A program made the position numbers and the translations under genes. The notes beneath the pieces are model-generated. The model was not told where the DNA came from. It searched no databases and worked only from the letters and a program-made list of their open reading frames with translations. From Candidatus Nomurabacteria bacterium (lineage in GTDB: Bacteria; Patescibacteriota; Minisyncoccia; Phycocordibacterales; UBA9973), in contig JAHFNS010000002.1 of NCBI GenBank assembly GCA_023267215.1, forward strand, positions 192,892-256,891: 64,000 nucleotides of DNA, written 5' to 3'. Below are positions 30,068-40,321 of the stretch, one piece after another (position 1 is the stretch's first letter; each line of letters opens with the position of its first letter).

Positions 30068-31918
30068 CTAACTTTTTTCTTCTTCTTTCGATTTTTCCAA
30101 ATCCTCCTTGGCTTTTTTGATAGATAAAATTTGAGACGGATCGGAAGTTATGATTTGATCTTCAGTGTAAGAAGAGATGACCTTGATTGCAACGTGTTTT
30201 AGTCCAGCAAAGAATATTCCTTCACCTACTCCGGATTCTAAAAGTAAATATTTTTCTTCATCAGTCAAATTAAATGTTTTTTGTAAAATATCTATGGTGG
30301 TTGGAGATTGCTTTAAGAGTAGTTGAATAGAAGAGTTGGTGATGATAGGGATACCATAGGGAGATTTCATAAAATCAGCTGCGTCTTGGGTGATAGTGGA
30401 AAGTCCTAAATAATATTTTCTTCCTCGCTTGGCGATAGAATAAAGGAATGAAGCAGTATCTTCAGATTTCATCATCCACCAAGCTTCATCAACAACCAGA
30501 AGACGTTTCTTTAAATTTTTTCGGATAGTTATCCAAATATAATGCATTACAATATACATTGCCACGGGTTTTAATTCATCTTCCATGTCACGAACCGAAA
30601 ACACTACAAACTTTTTATTTATATCTACATTGGAAGGCCTGTTAAGAAAAGTAGACCAAGAGCCCTTGGTATATTTGACCAATCTCTGAATGACGGAGTC
30701 ACTTCCCTCCATTCCACCTAACACCATTTCGAAATCTGAAAGAAGAGGCGGTTCTATGTTTGAAAAATCTGAATCAGGAGTAATATCTTTCATTGCATAG
30801 GTTTCAGATATTGCACGATCCACCATAGAATCTTCTTCTGGAGTTAGTCCACCCAACATCAATCTGAAAAGTCCAACTAGATTTATAATATTTGAACGAA
30901 GGACATCTTCAGCAGATTCATCTTCACGTGGGATAGGTAGATCAAAGGGGTTGATGTGATGATCGGAAGAAAGTGAAATATTGAAATATCTTCCTCCCAC
31001 AGCTTCAGCTAAATATTCATATTCCCTTTCTGGGTCTATGACAATAATATCTATATCAAACATTAAAGACCGAATAATTTCCAGTTTGGTGGCATAACTT
31101 TTTCCTGAACCAGATTTTGCGAATGTCACAGAATTATAATTTTCCAAAGAAAATCTATCAAAGATAACCAAAGAAGAATTGTGTCTATTTACTCCATAAA
31201 GTATTCCCATTTCAGAAGTAAGATCAAAAGAAATAAATGGGAAAATACTTGAAAGGGGCTCCGAATTTAATTTTTGGTGAATACTTAAAAGGTCGTTGCC
31301 GATAGGCATTACGCTTTTAAAACCTTCTTCTTGCTGAAAAAGAGCTGGTTTAATATAGATTAATTTTGATTCGAGAATTGATTTTATTTCATTTTCAACT
31401 TTATAAAGTTCCATCTCATTGTCAGCATAGATGGTAATATAAATGCTTACATCAAACATTTTTTGTTGCGCTTGAATCAAACTGTCACGAAGTCCTTCCA
31501 AATCTTGATAAGCAGTATCGAGCATTGGATCACGCACCATTCCCTTTCTTTCTCGCACATTTATCTGGCTTTGTACTTCGGCGACTTTTTTTTGAAATTG
31601 TCTTAAGGCAAGAGATGTATCTACTGGATGAATAAAAATTGAAACATCAAAAACTTTATCCAAATTGATTACAGGAGAAAACCAATTATCGGAAAGAAAT
31701 CTAGGATAGGAAATAATGAAAAAAGTACGAGCAATTTTATCACCCAAATTTATAGATTTTGATTCGATCTTTAAGGCAGATGGAGCAATAATATCTTGAA
31801 GTTCTAGTTTAGCCGATTCATATATTTCTTCAGGTAATACTGGAAGAACCGAAGCATTTACTCCTTGTATTTTTTCTTCTTTTTTGTTTTTTCCAAGTAA
31901 TTTATCAAAAATTGACAT
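30068..31918 (-). CDS. VirB4-like ATPase
   Basis: AKSGSGKS, IDPEREY, VDEAW, RGRKY, ITQD. Confidence 0.92.
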   Translation of the reverse strand: MSIFDKLLGKNKKEEKIQGVNASVLPVLPEEIYESAKLELQDIIAPSALKIESKSINLGDKIARTFFIISYPRFLSDNWFSPVINLDKVFDVSIFIHPVDTSLALRQFQKKVAEVQSQINVRERKGMVRDPMLDTAYQDLEGLRDSLIQAQQKMFDVSIYITIYADNEMELYKVENEIKSILESKLIYIKPALFQQEEGFKSVMPIGNDLLSIHQKLNSEPLSSIFPFISFDLTSEMGILYGVNRHNSSLVIFDRFSLENYNSVTFAKSGSGKSYATKLEIIRSLMFDIDIIVIDPEREYEYLAEAVGGRYFNISLSSDHHINPFDLPIPREDESAEDVLRSNIINLVGLFRLMLGGLTPEEDSMVDRAISETYAMKDITPDSDFSNIEPPLLSDFEMVLGGMEGSDSVIQRLVKYTKGSWSTFLNRPSNVDINKKFVVFSVRDMEDELKPVAMYIVMHYIWITIRKNLKKRLLVVDEAWWMMKSEDTASFLYSIAKRGRKYYLGLSTITQDAADFMKSPYGIPIITNSSIQLLLKQSPTTIDILQKTFNLTDEEKYLLLESGVGEGIFFAGLKHVAIKVISSYTEDQIITSDPSQILSIKKAKEDLEKSKEEEKS

Positions 31919-31932
31919 ATATTTTTTAGAAT

Positions 31933-32574
31933 TTAATTTTCCAATTCTATTTTCCCCTCCAATTCTCCTGGATTAAATACTTTATAAAATACTTCCACCA
32001 CTTCTTCTGTTCCTAGTTGGACTGATTTTATTCCACAACGTGAAAGCCCTTGTTCTATAACATTTACTCTTTCTTCCAATTGGGATCTTTTTTCTTCGAA
32101 ATCTAGTTGATCTTTAAGTTGCTCATCTTTTTTACTTTTCTTTGAAAATAAATTTGAAAATATTCCAGAATTTGGTTTTAAATTTATATGCGTGTAAGGC
32201 ACAATCACAAAAAAGTTTTTGGTCATAATACTTACAGATTCAGTAAAATTTTTAATAAATTCTATGTATTCTTTTGTTTGTAATTTAAGCAATGGTTCGT
32301 TTTGTACTTTCATTCTATTTTCTAATAACAAAAGATAGGGTCTGATGTCGAGTTTTCTTGATTGAATTGATATTTGAACTGAAAAATCAAGAGTATTTAG
32401 AAAATTTTGAAACTGCATAATAGTAGCCTTTTGTTCGTCATCAGATTTTAGAGAAAGATTAATGGAATTAGCTAATATAATAGCCCGAAGGTCTCCATCT
32501 TTTAAAACAACAATACCATCACGGATTTCCTTGATTGGTACGAATTCTTGAGTTGCTTTTGCATTTAATGCCAT
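31933..32574 (-). CDS. VirB4-associated conserved protein
   Basis: TQEFVPIKEIRDG..SINLSLKS..FQNFLNTLDF; lies between prgI and virB4. Confidence 0.75.
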   Translation of the reverse strand: MALNAKATQEFVPIKEIRDGIVVLKDGDLRAIILANSINLSLKSDDEQKATIMQFQNFLNTLDFSVQISIQSRKLDIRPYLLLLENRMKVQNEPLLKLQTKEYIEFIKNFTESVSIMTKNFFVIVPYTHINLKPNSGIFSNLFSKKSKKDEQLKDQLDFEEKRSQLEERVNVIEQGLSRCGIKSVQLGTEEVVEVFYKVFNPGELEGKIELEN

Positions 32575-32576
32575 AA

Positions 32577-32999
32577 TTATTTTTTCAAATCTAGAACGTC
32601 TAGGCTCCAGGCTAAATCTCGTAATTTATTTCCACTTAATCTTTGCCCTCTTACTTCTCCTAAACCCTCCCTAAAAGAGAGGACGTTCCCTCCCTTGGGG
32701 GAAGCGGGAGCTCCGATTTTCATATGTTTTTTCCAGATATAAAGTTTATTTTGAAAAGAAAATTTTACTCCTGCTTCTATCATATTAATAAATGGCTTAC
32801 CATTTGGATGATAGAAAGTTAAGGCTATAGATAATCCAGCTATGGCTAAAATAGGTATTGCTCCTAGCCAAAGACCCAATAATTTATATAAGGTGTAACA
32901 CAATCCTGCTCCTCCCACTAAGTAGACGAATTCCTTAAAAGTGAAAGGACCAAAAATTTTGTCTTCTATCTCCAAAAATTGTGGAACTTTAAACTGCAT
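32577..32999 (-). CDS. PrgI family (VirB3-like) membrane protein
   Basis: MQFKVPQFLEIEDKIFGPFTFKEF, two TMs. Confidence 0.88.
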   Translation of the reverse strand: MQFKVPQFLEIEDKIFGPFTFKEFVYLVGGAGLCYTLYKLLGLWLGAIPILAIAGLSIALTFYHPNGKPFINMIEAGVKFSFQNKLYIWKKHMKIGAPASPKGGNVLSFREGLGEVRGQRLSGNKLRDLAWSLDVLDLKK

Positions 33000-33038
33000 A
33001 ATTTAATTATAAATCAGAAACAATCAATTACCTAGTAC

Positions 33039-33653
33039 TTACTCTGGTGTTTCTCTATATGGATCTACTTTTGGTACTCCAATCTTTTTAATTGATGAAT
33101 TGTTTTCTTTCGATAGGTTACCAATAGAATGATTTGTCTCAATTGTTGGAGACTGGACAGCTCCTCTCAATTTTTGTTCTAAAATTGAGGCTGTATCAAA
33201 AGGAACCCTTGGGGAATTAAACCCCTCCTGTTGTCTCTCCTTGTCAGGGGAGGTTCTCATTATTTCTCCCCCTGACAAGGGGGATACAGGGGGTTTCTCT
33301 TCTTTTGGTTCCGATCCCTTTTTTCTTTCTATAATTTTTACTAATTCCTCGCGAATTCTGTTAAAAACCTTTTCATTCATTTCGTTGACCAACACGTCTA
33401 TTTGAGCTTTTGGTAAAAGCATTCTTTTTTCTAACTCCTTCGGATAGTCTTCTGTGTCCAAAAGTCCACAGAGCAAGAGTTCTGTCTCTATTTCTAAATC
33501 TTCTAATTGCTCATAACTGTATCCTTTTTCTGCTCGCATATCTAAAATTATCTTTTTCCAATCAATAGCATCAATAGCTTGTCTACTTTCTTCTGAAAGT
33601 GAAGTTCTTGCTTTATCTATTTTTATTTTTAATAAATCTACGGTGTTTTCCAT
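33039..33653 (-). CDS. Hypothetical protein, paralog of the next ORF; family B insertion
   Basis: AIDAIDWK..LEIETELLLCG, C-terminal DPYRE. Confidence 0.75.
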   Translation of the reverse strand: MENTVDLLKIKIDKARTSLSEESRQAIDAIDWKKIILDMRAEKGYSYEQLEDLEIETELLLCGLLDTEDYPKELEKRMLLPKAQIDVLVNEMNEKVFNRIREELVKIIERKKGSEPKEEKPPVSPLSGGEIMRTSPDKERQQEGFNSPRVPFDTASILEQKLRGAVQSPTIETNHSIGNLSKENNSSIKKIGVPKVDPYRETPE

Positions 33654-33661
33654 ATATTTTT

Positions 33662-34177
33662 TTAAAACCCTCTTCCGACCTCTCCCTTATCAAGGTGAGG
33701 AGATGTGGTGTCCCCCCTGACAAGGGGGTTATAGGGGGTTGTATTAATCATATCACTTTCTTTTTCATTTCTTTTTTCCATAAAAACAGAATAATCTCCA
33801 CCGGAAACAATAAAATCAAGGGTTTGTTTCCAATCTAATTTTTTATTTTGGATATTTTTTTTAACATTTTCTGTTATAAGTTTATTTAGAGGGTTAAATA
33901 TTTTTTGGAAAGATTCTTTTGCAATGTTTTCTGCTTCCTCTTTAGTAGTTTCAACTTGATTTTCGATATTAATTGCATAAAATTCTGGATCTGTGGACCC
34001 TATTAGAAGCAATAAAGTTTCTAACTGAAAATCATTTAGTTCGTCCTCATCTAAGGAATATTTTTCTGCTATTTCTTCTGTTATTTTGATCCAATCAAAA
34101 GAATTAATGACTTCCTGCATTTCTTTTGGTAATTCCACCATCTCTTCTTTAATTGTTTGTTGTAATTTTTCTGTCAT
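33662..34177 (-). CDS. Hypothetical protein; C-terminus formed by a family B element
   Basis: VINSFDW..FQLETLLLLIG; GGDYSVF. Confidence 0.75.
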   Translation of the reverse strand: MTEKLQQTIKEEMVELPKEMQEVINSFDWIKITEEIAEKYSLDEDELNDFQLETLLLLIGSTDPEFYAINIENQVETTKEEAENIAKESFQKIFNPLNKLITENVKKNIQNKKLDWKQTLDFIVSGGDYSVFMEKRNEKESDMINTTPYNPLVRGDTTSPHLDKGEVGRGF

Positions 34178-34188
34178 AAATTTATTAA

Positions 34189-37100
34189 TTAATGTTTCGC
34201 ATGAGAATCTCCTCCACCATGAGCATCTTTACCTCCGCTATCATGTTTTTCTGCAGCAGGAGCATGGCTACTACTATGATCTTTGCCACCGCCAACAAAT
34301 TTTTCTGCCAAACTTGCTGCTACTGTTTCTGTGACAAGATGACTTCCCTTACTACTACCATGGCTTTCTGCTTTGACCCCCATTCTTATTTCATGGGCAG
34401 ATTTTCTGCGAGCTGCTTCATTCCAAGGCCATGCGAATTGGTTTTCTATATTATTAGCATAACCATGAGTGCGTCTATCATTTACATGCTTAACTTCATG
34501 TTCAGCTTCTGGGAGTATTTTGTCTTCATATTCATTTTGTGAATTTCCAAATCCTTTATGGGTATCAGCATATGCTTTTGCTATATTTGCTTTTTCTGCT
34601 ATAGATATTTTTTCTTTCGCTTTTTCTAATTTTTTATTTGAATTTTCTAGTGTTTTTAAGGTTGTATCAACATTGTTTGTGGCTACTGACATTCTATTTT
34701 TTGCATTTTCTTCTGCCTTCTTTGCATCTTCTAATGTCTTGGCAACAACTGCTGGGTCTCCAATTGTAAGTTTTGAATTTGCTTTTGCTTCTGCGTCAAT
34801 CCTAGCAGCAGTTGCTGCATTAAGTTCATCTATTGCTGCAACTTTTTCAGTTACTGCGGCAGCGTTAGCTTTTTCAGCTTCTGATTTAACCATTCCTGTT
34901 TCCACTAAGATTTTTCCAGCTTCTTCAGCTTCCTTGTTTGCATCTTCCCATGCTTTCTTGGTTATATTACCGTTATGTGTTCTAAATTCTCCAGTACCAT
35001 CATTCCCATTTTCATCAAGCATTCCTCCACTTTTTATAGCACTTCTTTTATCTTTTAGTTCTTTTACTTTTTGACCAGCAGCTAAGTATGCATCATTATT
35101 TGCTTCTCCTTCGGGTGTTCCTTTTGAAGCAATAGCTATGTCTTTAAGGTATTTTACTTTTCCTTCTGCTGCTGTAATCTCCTTTTCTATTTCATGGATT
35201 TCTTTTTCATTTTCTAGAGAAACTTTTTGATGTTCTTCTTGTACTTGATTTAGGTGTTGTTTTTCTGGTTCTCCTTCTTTTATCTTTAATCCTTCAGCAC
35301 GCTTCTTTCTCTTCTCATCTCTTCTCTTTAGGTCAGCTTCATATCCACCACTTTCTTTCATTAAGAATTTAGATTGTGCCCCTAAGTTTAATCCAGTCAA
35401 ACCAGAGGCAGCTTTTAATGCCACTCCACCGACACCTTTTCTTAAGTCAAAGCTACTGGTAGAAGCTGCACCACTAGCAGTTCTTAAGTTTTTACCAACA
35501 AATCTTTTACCCCAAGCACCTAGGCCTTTGTCTGTATTTGTTTCCCAATCTGCAAGCTTTTTACTTTCAAAAATACCCTTACCTAAATGCCCAAGAGTTC
35601 CTTGACCAATTGCTGCTGTGGTGCCTATTGCTGCTCCAGCAGCAATGCCACCTATTGTTTTAACTCCTGATACTATTGTTTTTCCCATCTCACCAGCGTA
35701 TTCTATTGTTAATTTTTTAGCTTTATTTAAGAGTGCCATAAGTATAATGAATGGAATTATTATACTCATTAGATGTTGCATTATGTTTGCTGAACCAGAT
35801 AAATTTTGATTATCCGCATATCTTGCAATATCAGTAAGAAAACCAGCAAATAAAATTATTATATAAAGCAAAAAGGCAAAAATAGGAGCCATAACTGCAT
35901 TTTTAGAAAGATCATCCCACCATTCTTCGTGACCGAATCCGGGAATTTTAAAAGGTACAGTAAAAGAAGCAAAAGCAAATGGTGAGAATATCATAGAGAT
36001 CCATAACGAAACGACTCTTGCCACAAAAAGTAGAGCTATTGAAAAGAAAACATAGGCCATATAGAGAGTAATGGCTATAAGTAAAATGGCTACGAAAATA
36101 GCATATCCTATACCGAGAGTTGCATCACTATAAGTTGCCATTATCACGCCTTGAGGATTAAATTTATCAACCAATCCAACTGAGATAGATTTTTGTCCAC
36201 CAACATTATTTTTTTCTGTATTGACTCCTTTTTCATCTACTGAACTGATATTATTGTAAAAAACTTTTGCCAGAATGTTTGAACCATCGATGACGAGTTT
36301 GGTTGTGAATAAACTGAAATTTATAAATAGAGCAACGACGACGACTGCTCCGATTAATTTTTTATTATCTGTCACATTCAGACCAAGTACTGTCTTGATT
36401 GCGATGAAAAGAAGAGCGAGAATAAAAAATATATTAGCAATATCTCGCACCCCCGCCCAAGCTTGCTCCACGAAAGTGTTGGTATAAGAAGAACTATTGG
36501 TTGCATAATAGACAAAGAAATCAAGAAATTCTCCAGCCAACCTGGCAACCCAAGCAGAAGCTTGCCAGAGAATAAAAAATAGCTGTAAAACACAACCACC
36601 GAGTTTCATTGGTATTAGACTACAACCAAAATCATTATCAGTGGCCTGGTTATAATTTTTTACATCTCCAGTAGTAGTGCCAGAGGTATTGTTAGTCTTA
36701 TCTCCAGTTCTAAATGTCCAATAATACACCACAGAAGGGTCATTTTTAGTTTCTGTAATGATCTTATTAAAGATGACGGAATAACCGGTCTCAGGGTAAT
36801 AATTATCAAATGTAATTTTTAATTTATAGTCGTTGTTTTCTTTTAATGTATTAGATTCATAAGAGTCACAAGGTTTACCGTCTGGTGTTGTATTTCCTCC
36901 ATAACATATTCGTATCGTTTTTTCACTAGAGCTACTTACTGTGTCTTTTCCAAAAGATTTTCCTTCTGAATAAGAACCTCCACCATCTTTTTCTCCTGCC
37001 GTTATATCAATAATATTTGTATTTACTTTATAACCGGAAGTTTCGCCATCATACACTAATTTTAAATTAGTAGCTTTTATATCAAATATTGCAGAAGCAT

Positions 37101-37287
37101 AACCTATTCCTTTTTCTGGAGTAGACAATTCCAGTTTTTCTCCAGTTTTTAATTTTAAATCCAAATTATTTGGATCTGAGGTTATTTGTGCTCTAACTTT
37201 ATTTACTTTCAAACCAGAAGAAAAAGGTGCTATTAAAATAGCTAGCATTATTATTCCCACTATTCCTTTTTTCCAATATTGTTTCAT
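34189..37287 (-). CDS. VirB6/TrbL-like polytopic membrane protein with coiled-coil and His-rich tail
   Basis: W..VRDIANIFFI..LFINFSLF..IDGSN, RVVSLW..SPFAF. Confidence 0.8.
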   Translation of the reverse strand: MKQYWKKGIVGIIMLAILIAPFSSGLKVNKVRAQITSDPNNLDLKLKTGEKLELSTPEKGIGYASAIFDIKATNLKLVYDGETSGYKVNTNIIDITAGEKDGGGSYSEGKSFGKDTVSSSSEKTIRICYGGNTTPDGKPCDSYESNTLKENNDYKLKITFDNYYPETGYSVIFNKIITETKNDPSVVYYWTFRTGDKTNNTSGTTTGDVKNYNQATDNDFGCSLIPMKLGGCVLQLFFILWQASAWVARLAGEFLDFFVYYATNSSSYTNTFVEQAWAGVRDIANIFFILALLFIAIKTVLGLNVTDNKKLIGAVVVVALFINFSLFTTKLVIDGSNILAKVFYNNISSVDEKGVNTEKNNVGGQKSISVGLVDKFNPQGVIMATYSDATLGIGYAIFVAILLIAITLYMAYVFFSIALLFVARVVSLWISMIFSPFAFASFTVPFKIPGFGHEEWWDDLSKNAVMAPIFAFLLYIIILFAGFLTDIARYADNQNLSGSANIMQHLMSIIIPFIILMALLNKAKKLTIEYAGEMGKTIVSGVKTIGGIAAGAAIGTTAAIGQGTLGHLGKGIFESKKLADWETNTDKGLGAWGKRFVGKNLRTASGAASTSSFDLRKGVGGVALKAASGLTGLNLGAQSKFLMKESGGYEADLKRRDEKRKKRAEGLKIKEGEPEKQHLNQVQEEHQKVSLENEKEIHEIEKEITAAEGKVKYLKDIAIASKGTPEGEANNDAYLAAGQKVKELKDKRSAIKSGGMLDENGNDGTGEFRTHNGNITKKAWEDANKEAEEAGKILVETGMVKSEAEKANAAAVTEKVAAIDELNAATAARIDAEAKANSKLTIGDPAVVAKTLEDAKKAEENAKNRMSVATNNVDTTLKTLENSNKKLEKAKEKISIAEKANIAKAYADTHKGFGNSQNEYEDKILPEAEHEVKHVNDRRTHGYANNIENQFAWPWNEAARRKSAHEIRMGVKAESHGSSKGSHLVTETVAASLAEKFVGGGKDHSSSHAPAAEKHDSGGKDAHGGGDSHAKH

Positions 37288-37312
37288 CTTTATTTCGTAA
37301 TTTATTTCTCAA

Positions 37313-37924
37313 TTAAAACCCAATTTTTTTCTTTGGTTTATTATCTTGCATAATTAGTTGTTTTAATACATCGAATACTCTTCTAAATTTAATATCATAT
37401 TTTTTCTCCATTTCTTCTATTTTTTGTCTCAATTTTATATTTGTGGCTAGTAATTCTCTTATTTTTGTGAAAGTTCTTATTATCTGAATATTTACTAGGA
37501 TTGCTCGTTCACTATTTAAAACACTAGACAGCATAGCTACTCCTTGTTCTGTAAATACATAAGGTAAATATTTTATATGTTGTCCACGTCCATTTTTTAA
37601 GGTGCCAGATTGGTACCTTAGACTTGAGGTTTCAAATTGTGACCTCAAATTATTGTTCAAGATCATAGATTGTGATTTTAGGAATTTTAATTCTTCTTTA
37701 TTAAGTTGAAACATAAAGTCCGTGGGGAATCTTTTGAGATTTCTTTTTACGGCTCGGTTTAAAGATTTTGTTTCAACACCATAAAGTTCTGCTAAATCTC
37801 GATCTAACATAACTTTTTTCTTTCTTATTAAAAGTATTTTACTAACAACTTTTTCCATTGGAAGAAGAACTAACTCAGTTGTTTTAATAGAATTTTTATT
37901 TAATTTTATATTTTTCTTTTGCAT
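37313..37924 (-). CDS. ORF6N-domain DNA-binding protein
   Basis: VMLDRDLAELYGVETK..RFP.DFMFQL, PYVFTEQGVAMLSSVLNS. Confidence 0.92.
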   Translation of the reverse strand: MQKKNIKLNKNSIKTTELVLLPMEKVVSKILLIRKKKVMLDRDLAELYGVETKSLNRAVKRNLKRFPTDFMFQLNKEELKFLKSQSMILNNNLRSQFETSSLRYQSGTLKNGRGQHIKYLPYVFTEQGVAMLSSVLNSERAILVNIQIIRTFTKIRELLATNIKLRQKIEEMEKKYDIKFRRVFDVLKQLIMQDNKPKKKIGF

Positions 37925-37973
37925 TTTATTTTTTGTATTTTTTTTCTAGAACCTAGAAACTAACACCTAGCCC

Positions 37974-40283
37974 CTAATTCTTTTTGAAATAATACTCATA
38001 ATCCGAAGCTTCTTTGAACGTTGTTGTCACATTTCTGACGTCAACTATGGTGTTGTCGTAATACTCATACACTTTTAACGTATTCCCCGAAAGTTGAAGT
38101 TGATAAGCAGCAATGTCTGGTTTGCTTACGCGTATTTCTCTGCCGTTTTCATTTACATAACCAAACATTCTAGCGAGTTGGTCTGACAAATACCAAGCGA
38201 AAGATTGCAGATCAGAACCATCTGTATAACCATATTTTTTAGCAAATTCTACATCAGCGACAATTTGTCTAGCAAAAACTGTTTCGATGCCTTCTTGATA
38301 GCGAACAATGGCATCACTTGGTGGAGTAGCTGTCTGTCCTAATTTAAGAGGTGTTGTATCTATTATTTTTTTATTATTGTTATTTCCATTACTTCCGGTT
38401 CCATTGTTATAGTTGCCATTGTTGTAATTCCCATTGTTATAACTATTATTACTTCTCCAATTTGAACTATTCCAAGTGCCAGTATTTGTTCCACCTCCTA
38501 TTCCATTTGTTCCTTTATTACTAGTCCATGTTCCAGAACCTGTCGCGCTCGTCCAAACACCTCCTCCATTTCCTGTTCCAGTCCAAGTAGCGCTTCCTGT
38601 TCCACCTACACCTGAAGTACTTATCCATGTTCCAGAATCTGTTCCACTATTCCAAGTGCCAGTAGTTCCTGTGTTTGTACCAGTATTTGTACCGTCATTA
38701 TTATAATTTGTGTTTTTTATACAAGTAGGTGGATTATTTGCTCCATTCATACAAATCTTTATATTTGTATCACATTTTGGATAATTAGTTGCTCCATTTA
38801 CACAAATGTTATCAGGAATATTATCACAAGCAGGATAATTAGTTGATTTATTTATACAAGTATTGTTGTTATTATTATCACAAGTAGGTGGATTATTTGC
38901 TCCATTCATACAAATCTTTATATTTGTATCACATTTTGGATAATTAGTTGCTCCATTTACACAAATGTTATCAGGAATATTATCACAAGCAGGATAATTA
39001 GTTGCATTATTTTCACAAGTTGTTGTCGGAGGGGTATAAATACAAGTATTAGTAGAAGAATTTAAAACATAGGGAAGTTTACAAACAGGATTTTTTATTT
39101 CGTTGCCTGTTTCACCACTTCCGCTATTAGTACCGCTACTACTAGCGCTTGTTGTAAAATAAAAAATGTCGCCAGTATAAGTTGCTTCGTTTGCTGTACC
39201 CGCATTATTTTTTACCACTGCTCTAAATTGATATGTTGTGTTGGGTGTTAATCCTGTCAAATTGAAATTTATGTTTCCAAAGAGGTTGGCATAATTTCCG
39301 AGAGAGTTTTTTTGTTCACTACTCTTATTGCCATTCTTAGCCACGATCCATGGCGAGGCGAACTCGCTTTTTTTGTAGACAAAATAAGTTGTTACATCTG
39401 TATTAGTGATTGTTTTAGCTAGATTATTTTTTGGAGAACAATATGTTCCATTTAATATGGCAGAAGTTGATTTTATATTTGCTTCCTTTTTTGTTTCCAC
39501 TGTTGTGTTGTAACAATTAGTATGAAAACTTTTAACAATACTACTTCCACCGTAAGCGATATTATCTTTATTTGAAATTATGGCGCAATAATAATAAGTC
39601 GTGTTTGGAGCTAGGCCAGTTATCTCTTGGGAAAAAGATTGTGAAGCTGTCGGACCTAAAAATTTATCTCCTGTTGAAATCATATTTGAACCATAAACAT
39701 CATTACAGAAAATTGGAGGATTATTTTTGTTTGCTTTTGTGTATCTGAAATATGCAGTAATTGGAAGAGTGGGCTTTGAAACTAAATCTCCTCCTGTACC
39801 GTTGAGTGTGGCAGTATTTTGAGTGACATTGAGAGCCTCTCCTGTGTAAACAAAAAGACTTGATTTTGTTGTATTGGCGTTGGCGCTACTACTAGCACTA
39901 TCTTTTATATAACAAGCCTTAGCTACATTTGCATACGGATCTCTAAAAGTATTATTGTTGCAATTTATGCTGTCTGTGATATTGGTTCTATAATAAAATT
40001 TACCATAAACACCATAAGCCACATCTTTTATTCCAGTAAAATTACAAACCTGATTTTCATTTACACAAAATGTATACCCATTTGGCCCACTACTTGTAGT
40101 ATTTCCAGTTCCTCCCCCACCTCCACCAGAACCGGTGTCAGTACAACTTTGTCCGGTTTCAGTACTATATAAACTACCTTGATCACAACCAGCTGGAGCT
40201 AAATTCGCTCGTGAAATAAATGGCAAAATAAAAATTGCTGAAAATAGTGTTAAAATTATTATTTTTGTGATATTTTTTTGCAT
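37974..40283 (-). CDS. Large secreted protein with FN3-like, Cys-rich and Gly/Thr/Asn-rich repeats
   Basis: Signal peptide; two GL.PNTTY FN3 motifs; C.NGA.N.P.C repeats. Confidence 0.8.
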   Translation of the reverse strand: MQKNITKIIILTLFSAIFILPFISRANLAPAGCDQGSLYSTETGQSCTDTGSGGGGGGTGNTTSSGPNGYTFCVNENQVCNFTGIKDVAYGVYGKFYYRTNITDSINCNNNTFRDPYANVAKACYIKDSASSSANANTTKSSLFVYTGEALNVTQNTATLNGTGGDLVSKPTLPITAYFRYTKANKNNPPIFCNDVYGSNMISTGDKFLGPTASQSFSQEITGLAPNTTYYYCAIISNKDNIAYGGSSIVKSFHTNCYNTTVETKKEANIKSTSAILNGTYCSPKNNLAKTITNTDVTTYFVYKKSEFASPWIVAKNGNKSSEQKNSLGNYANLFGNINFNLTGLTPNTTYQFRAVVKNNAGTANEATYTGDIFYFTTSASSSGTNSGSGETGNEIKNPVCKLPYVLNSSTNTCIYTPPTTTCENNATNYPACDNIPDNICVNGATNYPKCDTNIKICMNGANNPPTCDNNNNNTCINKSTNYPACDNIPDNICVNGATNYPKCDTNIKICMNGANNPPTCIKNTNYNNDGTNTGTNTGTTGTWNSGTDSGTWISTSGVGGTGSATWTGTGNGGGVWTSATGSGTWTSNKGTNGIGGGTNTGTWNSSNWRSNNSYNNGNYNNGNYNNGTGSNGNNNNKKIIDTTPLKLGQTATPPSDAIVRYQEGIETVFARQIVADVEFAKKYGYTDGSDLQSFAWYLSDQLARMFGYVNENGREIRVSKPDIAAYQLQLSGNTLKVYEYYDNTIVDVRNVTTTFKEASDYEYYFKKN
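38721..39004. repeat. Intragenic direct repeat, 125 bp identical, period 159 bp
   Basis: 38721-38845 equals 38880-39004. Confidence 0.9.
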
Positions 40284-40321
40284 TTAATTTTTCTTTTATC
40301 TAGTACCTAGCAGCTAATTAC

